From positions 33,418,001 through 33,482,000 of the forward strand of contig OZ024758.1 of the NCBI GenBank assembly GCA_964016885.1: a DNA stretch of 64,000 bases, in the 5' to 3' direction. A program made the translations under genes and the position numbers. The DNA comes from Eledone cirrhosa (taxonomy: Eukaryota). Positions 27,213 through 40,360 of the stretch are shown piece by piece (the stretch's first letter is position 1; every line of letters starts with the position of its first letter). The notes under the pieces were generated by a model. The model worked only from the letters and a program-made list of their open reading frames with translations, did not search any database and was not told the DNA's origin.

Positions 27213-28143
27213 AGGTAGGTACGTATAACAATATCGGTATATACTGCTCACACGGCTTGGTTTTTTTATTTCTATCTATGCGTGTGAGTGTGCATATGTG
27301 TGTATGCGTGTTTGTATATGTATACGAATGCATTCGTATGTGCGCGCGTGTGTGTATATGTGTGTGTATGTGTGTTTTTATATCTATGTTTTTTACATAC
27401 TTATATATACGTGTGTGTGTGTGTGTATGTGTGTATGTATATGTATGATCGGCGGCGTGTAACACACACACACGCGCGCAACCACATACATGCAATGGTG
27501 ATATATACAGGGAAGGGAGTGTATCACCAACATCACCACCACAAACACCACCGCCACCACCTCGACAACAACTACTACTACCCACTGCATTCTAAGCAGA
27601 CTTCTACTGCAATAAAAATCATTTACGGTTTGTTCGATCGTGTAAAACTACTACGTGTGCGTGTGAACCATGTTTAGGTTTGTAACTGTGCTAATATCCC
27701 ATAACTTAGTGCAACTTGACAAAAGAGATCAATAAAGTAAAAAGTGCCAGCTTTGAAAAATTAGTACTGGCATTGATATGACTGATTAAAGTAGTTGGTG
27801 GAGCAATGGGAATTCCTGAAGGCAAAAAATGAAATCTGCGGATGAAGAAGGTCTCTAGGGTGAGGGAGGGAGAGTGACTTGGTAGTGGAAGAGTAGGGTG
27901 GAGAAAATTAAGGCCAAAAGACAGACATGGAAAAAAATGGTAGAATGGGGGAGTATCGAGCAGTGTTTTTTCTTTATTTTGGGTTTTCAACCTTATTTGA
28001 CAGTAAATTTATTAGGATTTCGGTTTGTTATTCTTAATATTTTTTTGTTTTTCGTGTTCCGTTTTTGTGATTTTTGTTGGTCTGTTGGTTGAGAAAAGAA
28101 GTTGAATTCTTATCAGTGAACCAAATCTCCCTGGTAAAACCGG

Positions 28144-28451
28144 GTTACGCATATATTTTATATTTATTAAGAGTTTCTGATGAAATGGTTTGATTTAAAT
28201 GTATTGTAAGTGTGATTTATACTTCTCCAGTATTAGTAATTTATAGACAATTCCAATATGGAAACAATTGTAAGACTATAATTAAATACCCTTGATTGTT
28301 TTGTCAACCATGTTATTCTTAACTTTTTTATTACTCCAAGATATATTTACATAGGAATACAAAGCACAATTGTTCCCAAAGTAAACATCTTGTTGAGTCC
28401 CATACTACCGTGTGCTTAAACTGGCCATGAGACGTTTTCGTAGACTCTTAT
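28144..28451 (+). mobile_element. About 305-bp non-coding repeat unit carrying a hammerhead (pLTR- or retrozyme-like), family C, copy 1
   Basis: Near-identical to 44269-44575. Confidence 0.75.
28172..28277 (+). ncRNA. Type I hammerhead ribozyme with about 77-nt stem II, family C
   Basis: agttt CTGATGA [extended hairpin] GAA acaattgt a^agact; palindromic stem III, GUA triplet. Confidence 0.7.
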
Positions 28452-28898
28452 ATTTAAGTTAAAAGGGCCACCTATATTTTCATTTAAGTTAAAAGGGCCA
28501 AATTTGAAAACAAATATATGGTTATCAAATTTGTTTCACCAACCCTATACATGAAATTGATAACCATGACTGAAAATATAAATGATTAAATCCAATTTAT
28601 TTGATAACAATGGCTTGTTTTCTAATTAACTTAAATTTCTTTTCTAATATGGTCCTTTTAAGGGCCACCTATATTTTCATTTAAATTAATTCCACTGACA
28701 TCGATATGCTTTATTAAAATAACTTTTTCTACCTTTATATTGTATCTATGCGTGTGAGTGTGCATGTGTGTGTATGAGTGCTTGTATACGAATGCATTCG
28801 TATGTGCGTATGTGTGTGTGTGTGTTTTTATATGTTTTTTTTTACATAAATATAAGTATGTATACGTACATACATATATGTATACAGACGTACAGTAG

Positions 28899-28944
<46 letters not shown>

Positions 28945-28948
28945 CATG

Positions 28949-29008
<60 letters not shown>

Positions 29009-29090
29009 AATATGAACAGTTATATATACTGTACTGGTAATTGCTGGGCTTGTGCCAAAAGTAGAAACAATTATTTGAGTATATATATAT

Positions 29091-32000
29091 ATGTATCCCA
29101 GTACAACCTGTCTCATGGTCGGGTATATAACATGTATCCCAGTACAACCTGTCTCATGGTCGGGTCGTTGGCGACTAAACTGGCAACCCCACCAAGATTT
29201 ATTGGTGAGGAGGGTGACTTTGGACATCCTGCAGGACTAAAAACAAAACCTGTCAAAGGGCAAAGGAACTCCTGGGAGCTCTTAAGAGCTCTTGGAGTCA
29301 ATGGCTATCCAAAACCAGCACGGCCCACCGAAAGGCGCTGCAGTTCCGGAAAAGTCAACTTCCTGCTACTAGTATGCTGGTAAGCTAGTACAACGTATTT
29401 CCAGACGGATAGAGTGGGTCCGTAGCTTTGGTTAGCGACTACTCTAGTGCTTGCAACACGAACAATTAGGGCGAGGGTATAAATGCCAGGTTGGTATCTG
29501 GCGCCGGGTAACCCACCACACGGAGGAGAAAGCACCTTCTTCAAGACTTGGCTGTCAAATTCTTTCACATGTGTGTAGTAGTGGCGCCCACACACATTAT
29601 TAGCTATTTGAAAGGATGAATGATTTCGCAACTAACTGCACCAGGGTTCCTGTTCCTCAGGGAACCACACTATATGGTATACCTGTTGATAATAGCGATG
29701 ATACTGGGTTGTATGAATGTAACAAAACGAGACATGGTTTGTGTGTATAATATTTAATTAACAAGTATGGATATATATAGAACAGTATAGTTGACATGAG
29801 TAATAGATGATAAAATGAAGCAAAGTTAGTAGTTACCGTTTTGATTGCCAGGCAAACGCGAGACGCCTGGCGAAGGCCAGGCGCCGGAAGGGCAAATGAG
29901 AGGGAGAGAGCCGAAGGCTATTCGTTTTATAGGGCTCTGCCGGAAGTTACAGAAAGGGTTCTACTTCCCGTCTAGATGTTGTTAATCTATTAGGGTTGTG
30001 AGTCACAACAAGGGAGACAACCGCTACAGGTCCAGCCCCTGCTTTCCCGGGTCCTGTTTCTGATCATAATGCACCTACAAAGGCATCGAATGATGATGAA
30101 TCCTCAAATCTCAAGGGACGGGTTCATCTGATGGAGAAGAATCAGGTCCTAACCAAACAACAAGCAAATCTCGCTTGGTTAGCTGTAAAAAGCAAATAAT
30201 AGTTAGCTCTTTGAACACCAGAACCCTCCTTCCAACAGGTAGACTCCAGGAGCTGGCAGAGAATGCCAAACTTCAGAACATTGACATCCTTGCGGTCCAA
30301 GAACACCGCTTTTTCCACCCAAAGGATGATCTCAAGTATCACACCCTAGGATCCTACCCACTTGTCACCTCTTCAGCCACCAAGAACCCTGTCAATGCCT
30401 CTGTCGGAGGAGTCGGCTGCCTTCTCTCATCTAAAGCCAGCAATAATCTTCTGGGGATTGAAACAATCTCTCCCAGAATCTTGGTGCTTACACTAGAGGG
30501 CAATCCTAGAACCACTGCGATATGTGTATACAGTCCTCATAACGCCTCTCCTGAGGATGAGGTAAGAGAATTCTACACGACCCTTCGCACAGTTGTTGAG
30601 CAAGTACCCTTACACAACTTTCTTATCATCGCTGGAGACCTCAACGCTCAACTTGGCCCGGATGAAGTAACGTTCACATACAATAGGGTTACTAACCGAA
30701 ACGAGGAATATTTCAAGGACTTCATGGAGGAATTCAGTCTATTCAGCTCAAACAACAGCTTCATGAAGACCAGAGGCCAGCTTTGGACCTTCGAATACCC
30801 AAACCAAAAACGAGCTCAGATTGACTATTTGATATTTCGCAAGAAATGGAGAAACTCAATCAAAGATTCTAGATCTTATTCCTCCTTTAGCTCTGTCGGC
30901 TCAGATCATCGAGTCATCTCGGCAACAATCAAACTTAGTCTCAGGATATCCAAGAGGGCCGAACCTCATCCCATGAAAAGAATAGACTGGAAAGCCGTTT
31001 CTTCCAACAAACAACTATCCAATAGCTTCACGCTTCAAGTCTATAACAGATTTCAATCTCTCTCAACTTCTGACATCAATGACGATAATATTGAGGATGT
31101 GTATGACTGTCTTAAGCAATCAACAGAGGAAGTTGCACTTGCCACCCTACCTAAAAAGAAAAGCCGAAGCCAAATGAAACCTAGTGCCTCAGAGAAGGTA
31201 GTTGAGGCACTAGGTTTCATCTTAGGTCAATATCCCAATCTCACCATCAATCACCATCTCAAGGGAAAAAGATACAGCTTATCATGGCCAAAAAATCACT
31301 AGACGACGCTTATCTTAATGCTGAAGCCGACTATATCTAAGGTAGGATTGATCAGCTATCGCAACATCACATCAGCAAACACCATCATCTTGCTTGGAAG
31401 GTTGTCAAAGATCTTTCAGGCAAAAACTCAAACTCTGCAGTTAGAATCAAAGGAGGCTCTGCCAAAAAACGTCTTGAAAATTGGTCTGCTCATTTTAAAA
31501 ACCTTCTAGGGAAAATGGCCAGACTCCCTGATAACTATCAACTGCCATCCGTTCAGGTCTCAGAGCCTTTAGGAATCAACACCTCTCCTTTCACCATGCC
31601 TGAGCTCAAAGAAACCATCAAACAGCTCAAAGCCTCAAAAGCCTTTGGGCCGGATAATATACCTACCCTGATTTGGAAGGATGAGCATTTCCACATCCTT
31701 TTGCTCAACTTATGTAACCATACTTTCGAGACCAATAAACCACCTAGCGTCTGGCATGCAGCTCAAATTATCCCCATGCCCCAAAAAGGAGATCTTTCTT
31801 TAGCCACCAACTATAGAGGAATTTCTCTCATGGCAATTGCTGCAAAAATATACAACAAGCTTCTTCTTAACCGCTTAATCCCATTTCTTGAGCCAATCCT
31901 TCGTAACAACCAGAATGGATTTAGGAGAGGTAGATCAACACTTAGCCAGATTCTCTGCCTTCGCCGACTTATAGAGGAGTCCCAAAACCGCAATCTGCAC

Positions 32001-33110
32001 CTTGCACTCATCTTTGTTGATTTTTCAAAAGCCTTCGACTCAGTTGACAGGTCGGGGATGTTTGAAATTCTACAACTCTATGGGATTCCTGATAAAATCA
32101 TCGCGGCCATACGTGTAATGTATACAGATACCAAATCAACTGTCCTGACCCCAGATGGGGAAACACCACCTTTCTCAATCCTCGCTGGAATTTTACAGGG
32201 CGATACCCTTGCTCCGTATCTATTTATCATTGTTGTGGATTATGTTTTACGCATGTCTGGGATAGGGGATAGGATTCAGGATAGGGGATACCAACTACAG
32301 CCTAGGAGAAGCTCACGCTACCCAGCAAAATACTTGACCGACACCGACTTTGCTGACGACATCGCATTGATCAGTCGGACACTGGAAAATGCTGAGAGTC
32401 TTTTGAAGTCATTAGAGCAAGCGTCCAACTGTGTTGGACTGTACCTCAACGAATCCAAGACTGAGTATGTGAACAGATGCGCAAACAGCCCAAACTACCC
32501 CATCAGAACCCTTAATGGTACCACCCTTAAGCAGGTGGAAGATTACAAGTATCTTGGCTCATATATCTCCTCCTCCAAAAAAGATTTTCTAACCAGGAAG
32601 GGTATGGCATGGTCAGCGTGCAATGACATGCACGCCATATGGACATCTCAACTTACCAACAAGCTAAAACTGGAAATATTCCAAGCAACCATTAAGCCCA
32701 TATTACTTTATGGATCCGAAACTTGGACACTAACATCACAACTTGAGAGGAGATTGGATAGCACATATACCCGCCTCTTAATGAGAGTGCAAAACCTATC
32801 CTGGAAACGACATCCTACCTTGTCTAAAATCTATGGCAAACTCCCTCGAGCCTCTGCCCTTCTAAAATCCCGGAGAGCTCAATTTGCTGGCCACTGTCAC
32901 CGTGCCAGCAATGAAATCATATCCGCTCTCTTGCTCTGGAACCCTGACTCCAGCCTGACTAGGAGTAGGAAGCTGTCATTCCCTGACGTTATCTCTAGGG
33001 ATACGGGAATCAGTAGACAGGACCTGGGGGCAGCGATGGGGGACAGGGAATTCTGGGGCATGAGAGTGAGATCCATCATCTCGACAGTAGTCGACGAATG
33101 ATGATGATGA
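29091..33110 (+). mobile_element. Near full-length RTE-group LINE (second family), frameshifted
   Basis: APE in 30175-31302 (SSLNTRTL, AVQEHR, AGDLNAQ, GSDHR); RT in 31515-33101 (FVDFSKAFD, GILQGDTLAP, FADD, LLYGSETW); (GAT)n tail; long 5' UTR. Confidence 0.92.
31515..33101 (+). pseudogene. RT segment of the disrupted RTE ORF
   Basis: Open 528 aa, but separated from the APE segment by a frameshift near 31210 and a stop near 31340. Confidence 0.85.
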
Positions 33111-33514
33111 TATATATATATATATGTGTGTGTATGTGTATATATATATATATATATGCCTGGTGGTCATCAATCTGTCCAGTTCGTTTGTCTATCAACA
33201 TATCAGGAAAAAATTATACATTTTCTATGTATTTTCTCTAAGGAGAACATGTTTTGCTTCCTGTTATACATAAAACTTTGCATCTTCAAAATATATATAA
33301 TGAAATAAATAGAGATGATATAAAGTATATATCGTCCGTATATATATATATACACAAACACATATATATGCCATTATAGTTTATTGTCACGGCAGGAAAA
33401 CCTTCAATTATCATACTAACCTGGGACTTAATTTAAGCGAGACGGTGTTGTCTCCCTTAGCACTAATCACTGAATTAATATCCAGTAACGTCTGGTTTTC
33501 TTCTAGGTTTAGTT

Positions 33515-33715
33515 AAGCCTTTATCATTAACGTTACTCTATATTTACTATTATATTTTCGCAGTAAACATAATTATCTCACAAAATATTGAATCTATGAG
33601 ATTTTGATATTATTTATTTTGGGAACAATACCTTAACATCAGCATGAGCGGCCTGTTAGGGCCAGTTAGAACAGAAAATGTAAGAGACTTCTGGTCGGAT
33701 ACGGACGGTTTAAAT
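33515..33715 (+). mobile_element. Degenerate copy of the piggyBac-type MITE at 54134-54354
   Basis: Shared internal block cataattatctcac..gaatctatgagattttgatattattt..gaacaataccttaa. Confidence 0.7.
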
Positions 33716-33844
33716 AAATGATTTAATAAATAACACCTCTATTGAAACACTACTGTGTTGTTCTGAGATGATTTCAGTAGAATTTCAAATTGTAGAAGGA
33801 CAAATATATTCTACATATACTTTAATATAGATTTAAACAAAGAT

Positions 33845-34320
33845 GGTAGAATGACAGAGTTGGTAGAGTGTCAGATAACCTACCATTGCAGTATTTGTCT
33901 TGGTTTTTAATATTCTAAGTTCAAATCCCACTGAGGTAAATTTTATATTTCATTCTTCTAGGCTAGATAAAATATATTATATGTACTACAGTTGATTTAA
34001 TAAACTTTGCCTTTCCCCAAAAATTTCTGGTCTTGAGTCTAATTTACAAATCAATAGAGATTTAACAAGTTTGTTGCTTCAAATTTCTCAAAACACTTTT
34101 ATTTAGTGTGACTAGTGCAGTAAATTGGCAGTAATCGGTAGAGCGCCAGACAACAAGCTTTGCATCATATAGTTATGTCCTGTTACATTCTGAGTTCAAA
34201 TCATGTGGAGGGTAGCTTTCCCTATCATCCATACAGGGTTGATAAAATAAAACACCAGTAATGTACTGAGGTTGATTTAACTTTCCTCGCCCCCAATATT
34301 ATTGGGCCTGTGCCTACATC
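33845..34320 (+). mobile_element. Two older degenerate tRNA-SINE copies
   Basis: ggtagag.g.caga heads, gttcaaatc B-boxes, gataaaata cores. Confidence 0.6.
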
Positions 34321-34964
34321 AAATGCCATTATTTACTGTGTCTAACAACACTCAGTAACCTATACTATCACTACCCCAATGATACCAGCCAAGACAGTGT
34401 CTCAAAATTCTCTCTGGCCTGCAGAAACCCAGGTACCAGTTCCCTCATGCTCATGGCTAAGGACAGACTGGACAAATTCCTCAAATGTAACTCTTTACTT
34501 AACAAAAATAGATTGAATTTCAGGAGATAAATATAATTTATTTAATATGTTATGAAAACCTAATAAATGATTTACACTAAAAAGATAGAATATAAAAACC
34601 AGGAAAAGACATATACACTCCTTCAATTAAATGTGAAAGGAATTGAACTAGGAACAGTTATTTGTAAATTTCTATTTCAACACAATAAACTATAGAAATG
34701 TTGAACTGTAGAACTAAAGTGAGGATGTAACAACAACACTGAATGTAATTCCATGGCAACAGAAATAATAGTGTACTCCAGTAGCTGTAAGGCTGTACTT
34801 CAAACCTGTTGGATAAAATTGTGTACCCCAGTTTAGCTGAAGTATAATAGGCAAAAATATGAGCACACTTGAAACACATAATTGTGATATGATTGGCTGT
34901 CATTAAATAATTGAACAATAACGCAGCACTTGTTAAATGACATACAATATGAGTTCAATATGTG

Positions 34965-35275
34965 ATAATGTTGGTGCTGCTTTCTAATATTTCTGAGACA
35001 AGAGACTCACAGCATTAGTTCAGGTGACAGAGAGTCTCTCAATTACACACCACAACAGGGAATGTTGGTGTTGACCTCTAACATATCTGAGACAAGACAC
35101 AGCATTAGTTCAGATGATAGAGGGTCCCTCAATCACATATTACAACAGGGAATGTTGGTGTTGACCTCTAACATATCTGAGACAAGACACAGCATTAGTT
35201 CAGGTGATAGAGACAATACATATCATTACCTCAGATGATAGAGGGTCCCTCAATTACACATTACAACAGGGAATT
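34965..35275. repeat. About 90-bp tandem repeat downstream of the ZNF pseudogene
   Basis: tgttggtgttgacctctaacatatctgagacaagacacagcattagttcag units; inverted homologue at 57880-58230. Confidence 0.75.
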
Positions 35276-35499
35276 TTAGCTGTTGCAAACAAATAAAAAA
35301 AGAAAAAAAGAATTTTGCCTTTATATCATTAAAAATGAATTTAGGAAGACAAAAGTTAGACATGCAAAGGATTTTAATTCCAGTTAAAAACATATTTCAG
35401 AAATGGAGTCTGTAGAAGTGTTATGGTTACATTTTTGATGTTGGTGGACAATAAGTTTAGACTGGTAAAAGGAAGGGTATCTCAGGGTTCACAGTTAAA

Positions 35500-36420
35500 T
35501 AGTTTTATCACCAGTGTGTGTTTCTAAGTTATTGTTAGTCACAAAATATTTCCCACATATTTCACTGGGGAAGGTCCTTTTTCTGCAGTCTGACTATGTG
35601 GCCAACATGAGTAGAATTCTGAATAAAAGATGTCCAACATGTTTCACACTGGAAGTTTCTTTCCTCCAGTCTCAATAAAAGATGTCCAACATGTTTCATA
35701 CTGGAAGTTTCTTTCCTTCAGCCTGAAGACATATATGTTTATTAAGTACCAAACTATCAGTAAAAGATTTCTCAGATTTTTAAGAATGATAGGTTTTTCT
35801 CCAGTTTGTGTTCTTTTGTGTCTTTGTAAATGACCATTTGTAACAAAACCTTTCCAATATATTTTAAAATAATATGGTTTTTCTCCAGTATGTGTTCTTT
35901 TGTGTAAATGACCATTTGTAACAAAATGTAAACCCCATATTTCTGAATGATATCGTTTTTCTCCAGTGTGTTCTTTCAAAAACACTGTTTTTGACATAAC
36001 ATTTCCCACATTTTTAACAGTGATATAATTTTTCTGTAGTATGTGTTGTTTTTTTTTGTCTTCATATGATTGTTTTTCATGAAAGATTACCCACACATTT
36101 CACAGTGGCAAAGTTTTTTCCTCCTTGTTGAACAAAATTTTATTACCAGTGTGTAAGTTACTGTTAGTCACAAAATATTTCCCACATATTTCACTGGGGA
36201 AGGTCCTTTTTCTGCAGTCTGACTATGTGGCCAACATGAGTAGAATTCTGAATAAAAGATTTCCAACATGTTTCACATTAGAAGTTTTTTTCCTCCAGTC
36301 TCAATAAAAGATGTCCAACATGTTTCACACTGGATGTTTCGTACCTCCAGTCTGAAGGCATCTATGTTTATTAAGTACCAAACTATCTGTAAAAGATTTC
36401 TCATATTTCTCACATGAAAT
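35500..36420 (-). pseudogene. Decayed C2H2 zinc-finger array
   Basis: [19 protein letters not shown] remnants with lost Cys, stops and frameshifts; internal duplication 35510-35760 / 36145-36410. Confidence 0.8.
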
Positions 36421-37064
36421 GAAATATTTAATCATGTACGAACACCTACCTTGAAACATGTAGCTCACTCTATGTTATCTACAAAATATTAACTTTCACT
36501 TTAACATGAGATAATTACTACATATAATATAATTAGATTAATTAAAGTTATAATTAAGATGGCAGGTACATGGTGTCGTTGACAGTGTTTCCTTTTCTGG
36601 ATGTTGACATGACTTAAAAGTCCCCTACATAATTTAATACATTCAGAAACAACTTCAGTTATATAACTTCACATGTTCAATCAATATGTTAGTTCTTTAT
36701 TCAGATTTGTGTAAATAACATTCGGAATTTTATATAACTGTTCATATTAAACCAAAATACATTATTAAAGGTAATAAAATATTTAAGAAATGGAAATGAA
36801 AAAAAGGAAAACGTAACTAATGGGTAACGGTGAGGGACAGACACTATATTCCAGTCTGAGCTGTGATTCAGCCCCACTCTACAGACAAAATGGCAAAGGT
36901 GTTACCACAAAGAATAGCCAGAGAAACCCACTGCAACATCCACTCCACCTCATGGGACTCCTTCCTCAAGTGAGCTGTAGTCTTTCTAATTTTGAGGAGG
37001 AAATCAGCAGTGTGGGGACAGAGAGGAAGTGGTTGGTTAGGCAGCACAGCAGAAATTGAGAGGA

Positions 37065-37590
37065 AGAGTTTCCAGTCACAGGAAGGATCTATAGATGTGG
37101 TTGATAGCTTCTCCTATCTAGGTGACCTAATCAGCAGCAGAGGAGGGTGTGCCAAGAGTATGATGGCTTGAATAAGGATAGGATGGAAGTTTAGTGAACT
37201 ACTACTGCTGATAACATAAGGTTTCTCCCTACACACAAAAGGAAGGGTATATAAAGCCTGTGTGAAGTGCACAATACTGCATGGTAGAGAAACATGGGCT
37301 GTGACTGCAGATGATGCGATTAGTCTGGAGAAAAATGAGGCAACCATGTTTTGTTGGATCTGTAACGTATATGTGAGAGAAATACAGAGCTTGGACAAGC
37401 TGAGGAAATCCTAGTGGAAGGAAGCTGCAGTAGAGGATGACCAAGAAAGTCAGGGGCAAATGTTGTGAGAGCTTAACTCAAATCGTGAAGACTGGAAAAG
37501 ATGATGAAGGAATGCATCTAGTGGAGAGATGTCGTGCTAAGAAGGGCCCGTCCAACCCATGCAAGCATGGAAAAGTAGATGTAATGTTGA
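37065..37590 (+). mobile_element. Degenerate RTE C-terminal and 3' fragments
   Basis: Encodes DSF.YLGD.IS..GGC..GWK..LHG.ETW remnants; ccaacccatgcaagcatggaa 3' motif. Confidence 0.7.
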
Positions 37591-37619
37591 TACACAAAAT
37601 ATACACTATATATATCCCA

Positions 37620-38056
37620 TCCACACCGGGGCGGTGTGGATGGGATATATATAGTGTATATGTAAAGTTATGTTGGTGCCACAACATCCAGGCCGAAACA
37701 AATGAGATAGTGTAGGTGTCACGACAAAAAAACACAGTTCACGCTGTAATGTGGCCGTGTAGGCAACACGGTAAAAACCTCCCAGCCCCACACTGTAAAT
37801 GTGGTTGGTGTTAGAAAGGGCATCCAGCTGTAGAAAACCCGCCAGACAGTCCACGCTGAAATGTGGCCGTGTAGGCAACACGGTAAAAACCTCCCAGCCC
37901 CACACTGTAAATGTGGTTGGTGTTAGGAAGGGCATCCAGCTGTAGAAAACCCGCCAGATAAATCACTCTTGCCTCAAGTGGGAAAACCACCGTCCAAACC
38001 CATGCAAGCGTGGAACACGGACGTTAAACGTTGATGATGATGATGATGATGATGAT
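37620..38056 (+). mobile_element. Young 3'-UTR-only copy of the RTE family at 3198-6923, with internal about 110-bp duplication
   Basis: High identity to the reverse complement of 3198-3500; (GAT)n tail. Confidence 0.88.
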
Positions 38057-38176
38057 ATAGTGTATGTAGCACATATACACAATATACACACTATATATAA
38101 ATACTGCATATATAGAGTATATGCTACATATAGACAATATATAAACTATATATATACTACATACACATTATATATA

Positions 38177-38360
38177 ATTGTTTCTACTTTAGGCACAAGG
38201 CCAGCAAAATAACCAGTACATTACTGGTACTTTATTTTATCGACCCCGTAAGGATGAAAGGCAAAGTTAACCTCAGCGAGATTTGAACTCAGACTGTAAA
38301 GAGACGTAACTATGCTAGACAGCATGGCATCCAACCCTCTACCGATACTGCCAATTCACC
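38177..38360 (-). mobile_element. tRNA-derived SINE
   Basis: Same consensus as 26341-26531. Confidence 0.85.
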
Positions 38361-39659
38361 TGTCCAAGGGAATAGCTGAAATAGCTTGGCACCAATGACA
38401 TCATAGATCATCATTTAATGTCTACTTTCCCTGCTAGCAAGGGTAGGACAGGTCTTTACAAACCAGGGTGCAGTGGGAGAACACATCTCTCTTCACATTT
38501 GGTCCCACATTCTACTTAAGAGTACTAAAGAGGTTGTCATGTCTTTGACACAACTGAAGGGTCCTACCAAACCTTTGTTTGGCAAGAGAAGAAAGTTGTA
38601 AAGTATTTTCAAATGTGAATTATTTCTAAAAAAGTCATAATTTGAACTGTCATGAAAGTACCATCAACAAATATTAAAGTTATAAAATTGTTTTTATTTA
38701 CACATAAATGTGGATATTTTGTCATAAATATAAATATAAACCAGTTAGTGTTTGTAAAATAACACATATAAACACATCGATCTTGTTTTGTTTTTCTTGC
38801 ACTAATGGAGTCATAGGGGTGTCACTGTGGACATTTGAAGCTTGGTGGAGCCCTTCACTGACCAGGCTGGAACAGATGATTTCTTCCAGAGAAGGAGAGA
38901 GGAAGTGAGAAAGAAATATAGAGAGGAAGAACAGACCCCTGTGGTAGACTAGTACTTTTTTGTTATCAACCTTGAATGGATGAAAGGCAAAGTTGACCTC
39001 AGCAGGGTTTAAAATCAGAGAGCAGAGAACCAGAACAAATATGGCAGAAAGCATTCCATCCATTGTTTTATAGACTTTAAATAACTGTTTCTACTTTTAA
39101 ATCAACCCCAGCAATTGGAAGAGAAAGAGGAATGCCAATTAAATCAATACCAGTGCATTACTGGTACATTTTTAAACCCAGAACATAAAGGGCTGTAACT
39201 ATGACACAAAGAATGTTGTCTGACGCTCTACAGATTCTGCCAATCCACCACCCTCACCAACAAAATAAGATTGTGTCTCTATAAGAAGCCTTAATGACAA
39301 ATATGAGGTAGAACTTTCTACAGGGTGTATTTGTGGATTACAATACAAAACCTGAGAATAATTTCCAATATATTTCACCATAATAAATGTTCATTAATAT
39401 ATATTGTTATTTCGTGGCATTCTTGAGATCATTAATCCCTACCTGAACATCCCTAGACATCTGATCTATGTAGGTCATTTTCAGTCATCCCACTAGGGTC
39501 TTACTATGTTTAGGTATCCACCAGGAGCCAGCTCATCAGGTCATCCATTCTTTGGTAGGAATGTCTGGTATGTCTTGTCCTTCGCTCCCTAGTTATTGTA
39601 GTAATCTTCAATATATGGCAGTATACTTCTTCGATTTGATAGAGTATATATATATATAG

Positions 39660-40160
39660 ATGTGTATGAAGGATGACAGCTGCATTAAAAGGTGCAGAGC
39701 ACTAAAAGTCGCTGGAGGCCATGGAGTGGGGAGCTCCAGGAAGACCCGGGATGAGGTGATAAAAGCTGACCTTGCTCAATTGTACCTCTCAAAGGCGATG
39801 ACGCAGGGCGGTTGCTTCTGGAATCATGCAGTAATACAGAAGACCCGACTTCACACGGCTACAAGCCGAAGCTGAAGCATATAGACAAATATGTCCCCCT
39901 CCCCACCCACTGCAAAGTGGTCAACAAAAAAGCACCCAGCCCACATTGTAAGGTGGCCGTGTAGGCGCAATGGTAAAAAAAGCACCTAGCACACACAGTA
40001 AATGAGGTTTTGTGTTAGGAAGGACATCAAGCTGTAGATATCAAGCCAAAATCAGTTCCCATATGAGCAAGACAAGGTCACCCGACCTGGCATTGCCCAC
40101 AAGACAACGCGTCTACCTTATGCTAGCATGGAAGAATGGACGTAAAATGGTGATGATAAA
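39660..40160 (+). mobile_element. Older RTE 3' fragment
   Basis: MKDDSCIKRCRALKVAGGHGVG..RKT.DEVIKADL matches the RTE C-terminus, followed by 3' UTR and a tgatgat tail. Confidence 0.8.
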
Positions 40161-40360
40161 TATAAGATAAGGATTTTTCAAGCTTCACATTGTATATTCT
40201 TGCTTCCAGAGTGTGTCTGTATAGTTGTGTGTTTCACATTTCACAGTGATGGGGTTTATCGCAAGTGTTGACGAATTCTGAGAAAGATTTCCCACGAATA
40301 AGGTTTTTCTCCACTGTGTATTCTTTTGTGTTTTACAAGATGCTAACCACGAGAAAAAGA

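Noticed and set aside
27706-27990. 94-aa ORF beside the family C repeat
   Set aside because: No recognisable domain; composition reflects purine/pyrimidine skew
39426-39546. Possible minus-strand hammerhead (ggatgac CTGATGA ... GAAA ... cctac/gtagg)
   Set aside because: Stems I and II do not pair convincingly; at best a very old relic
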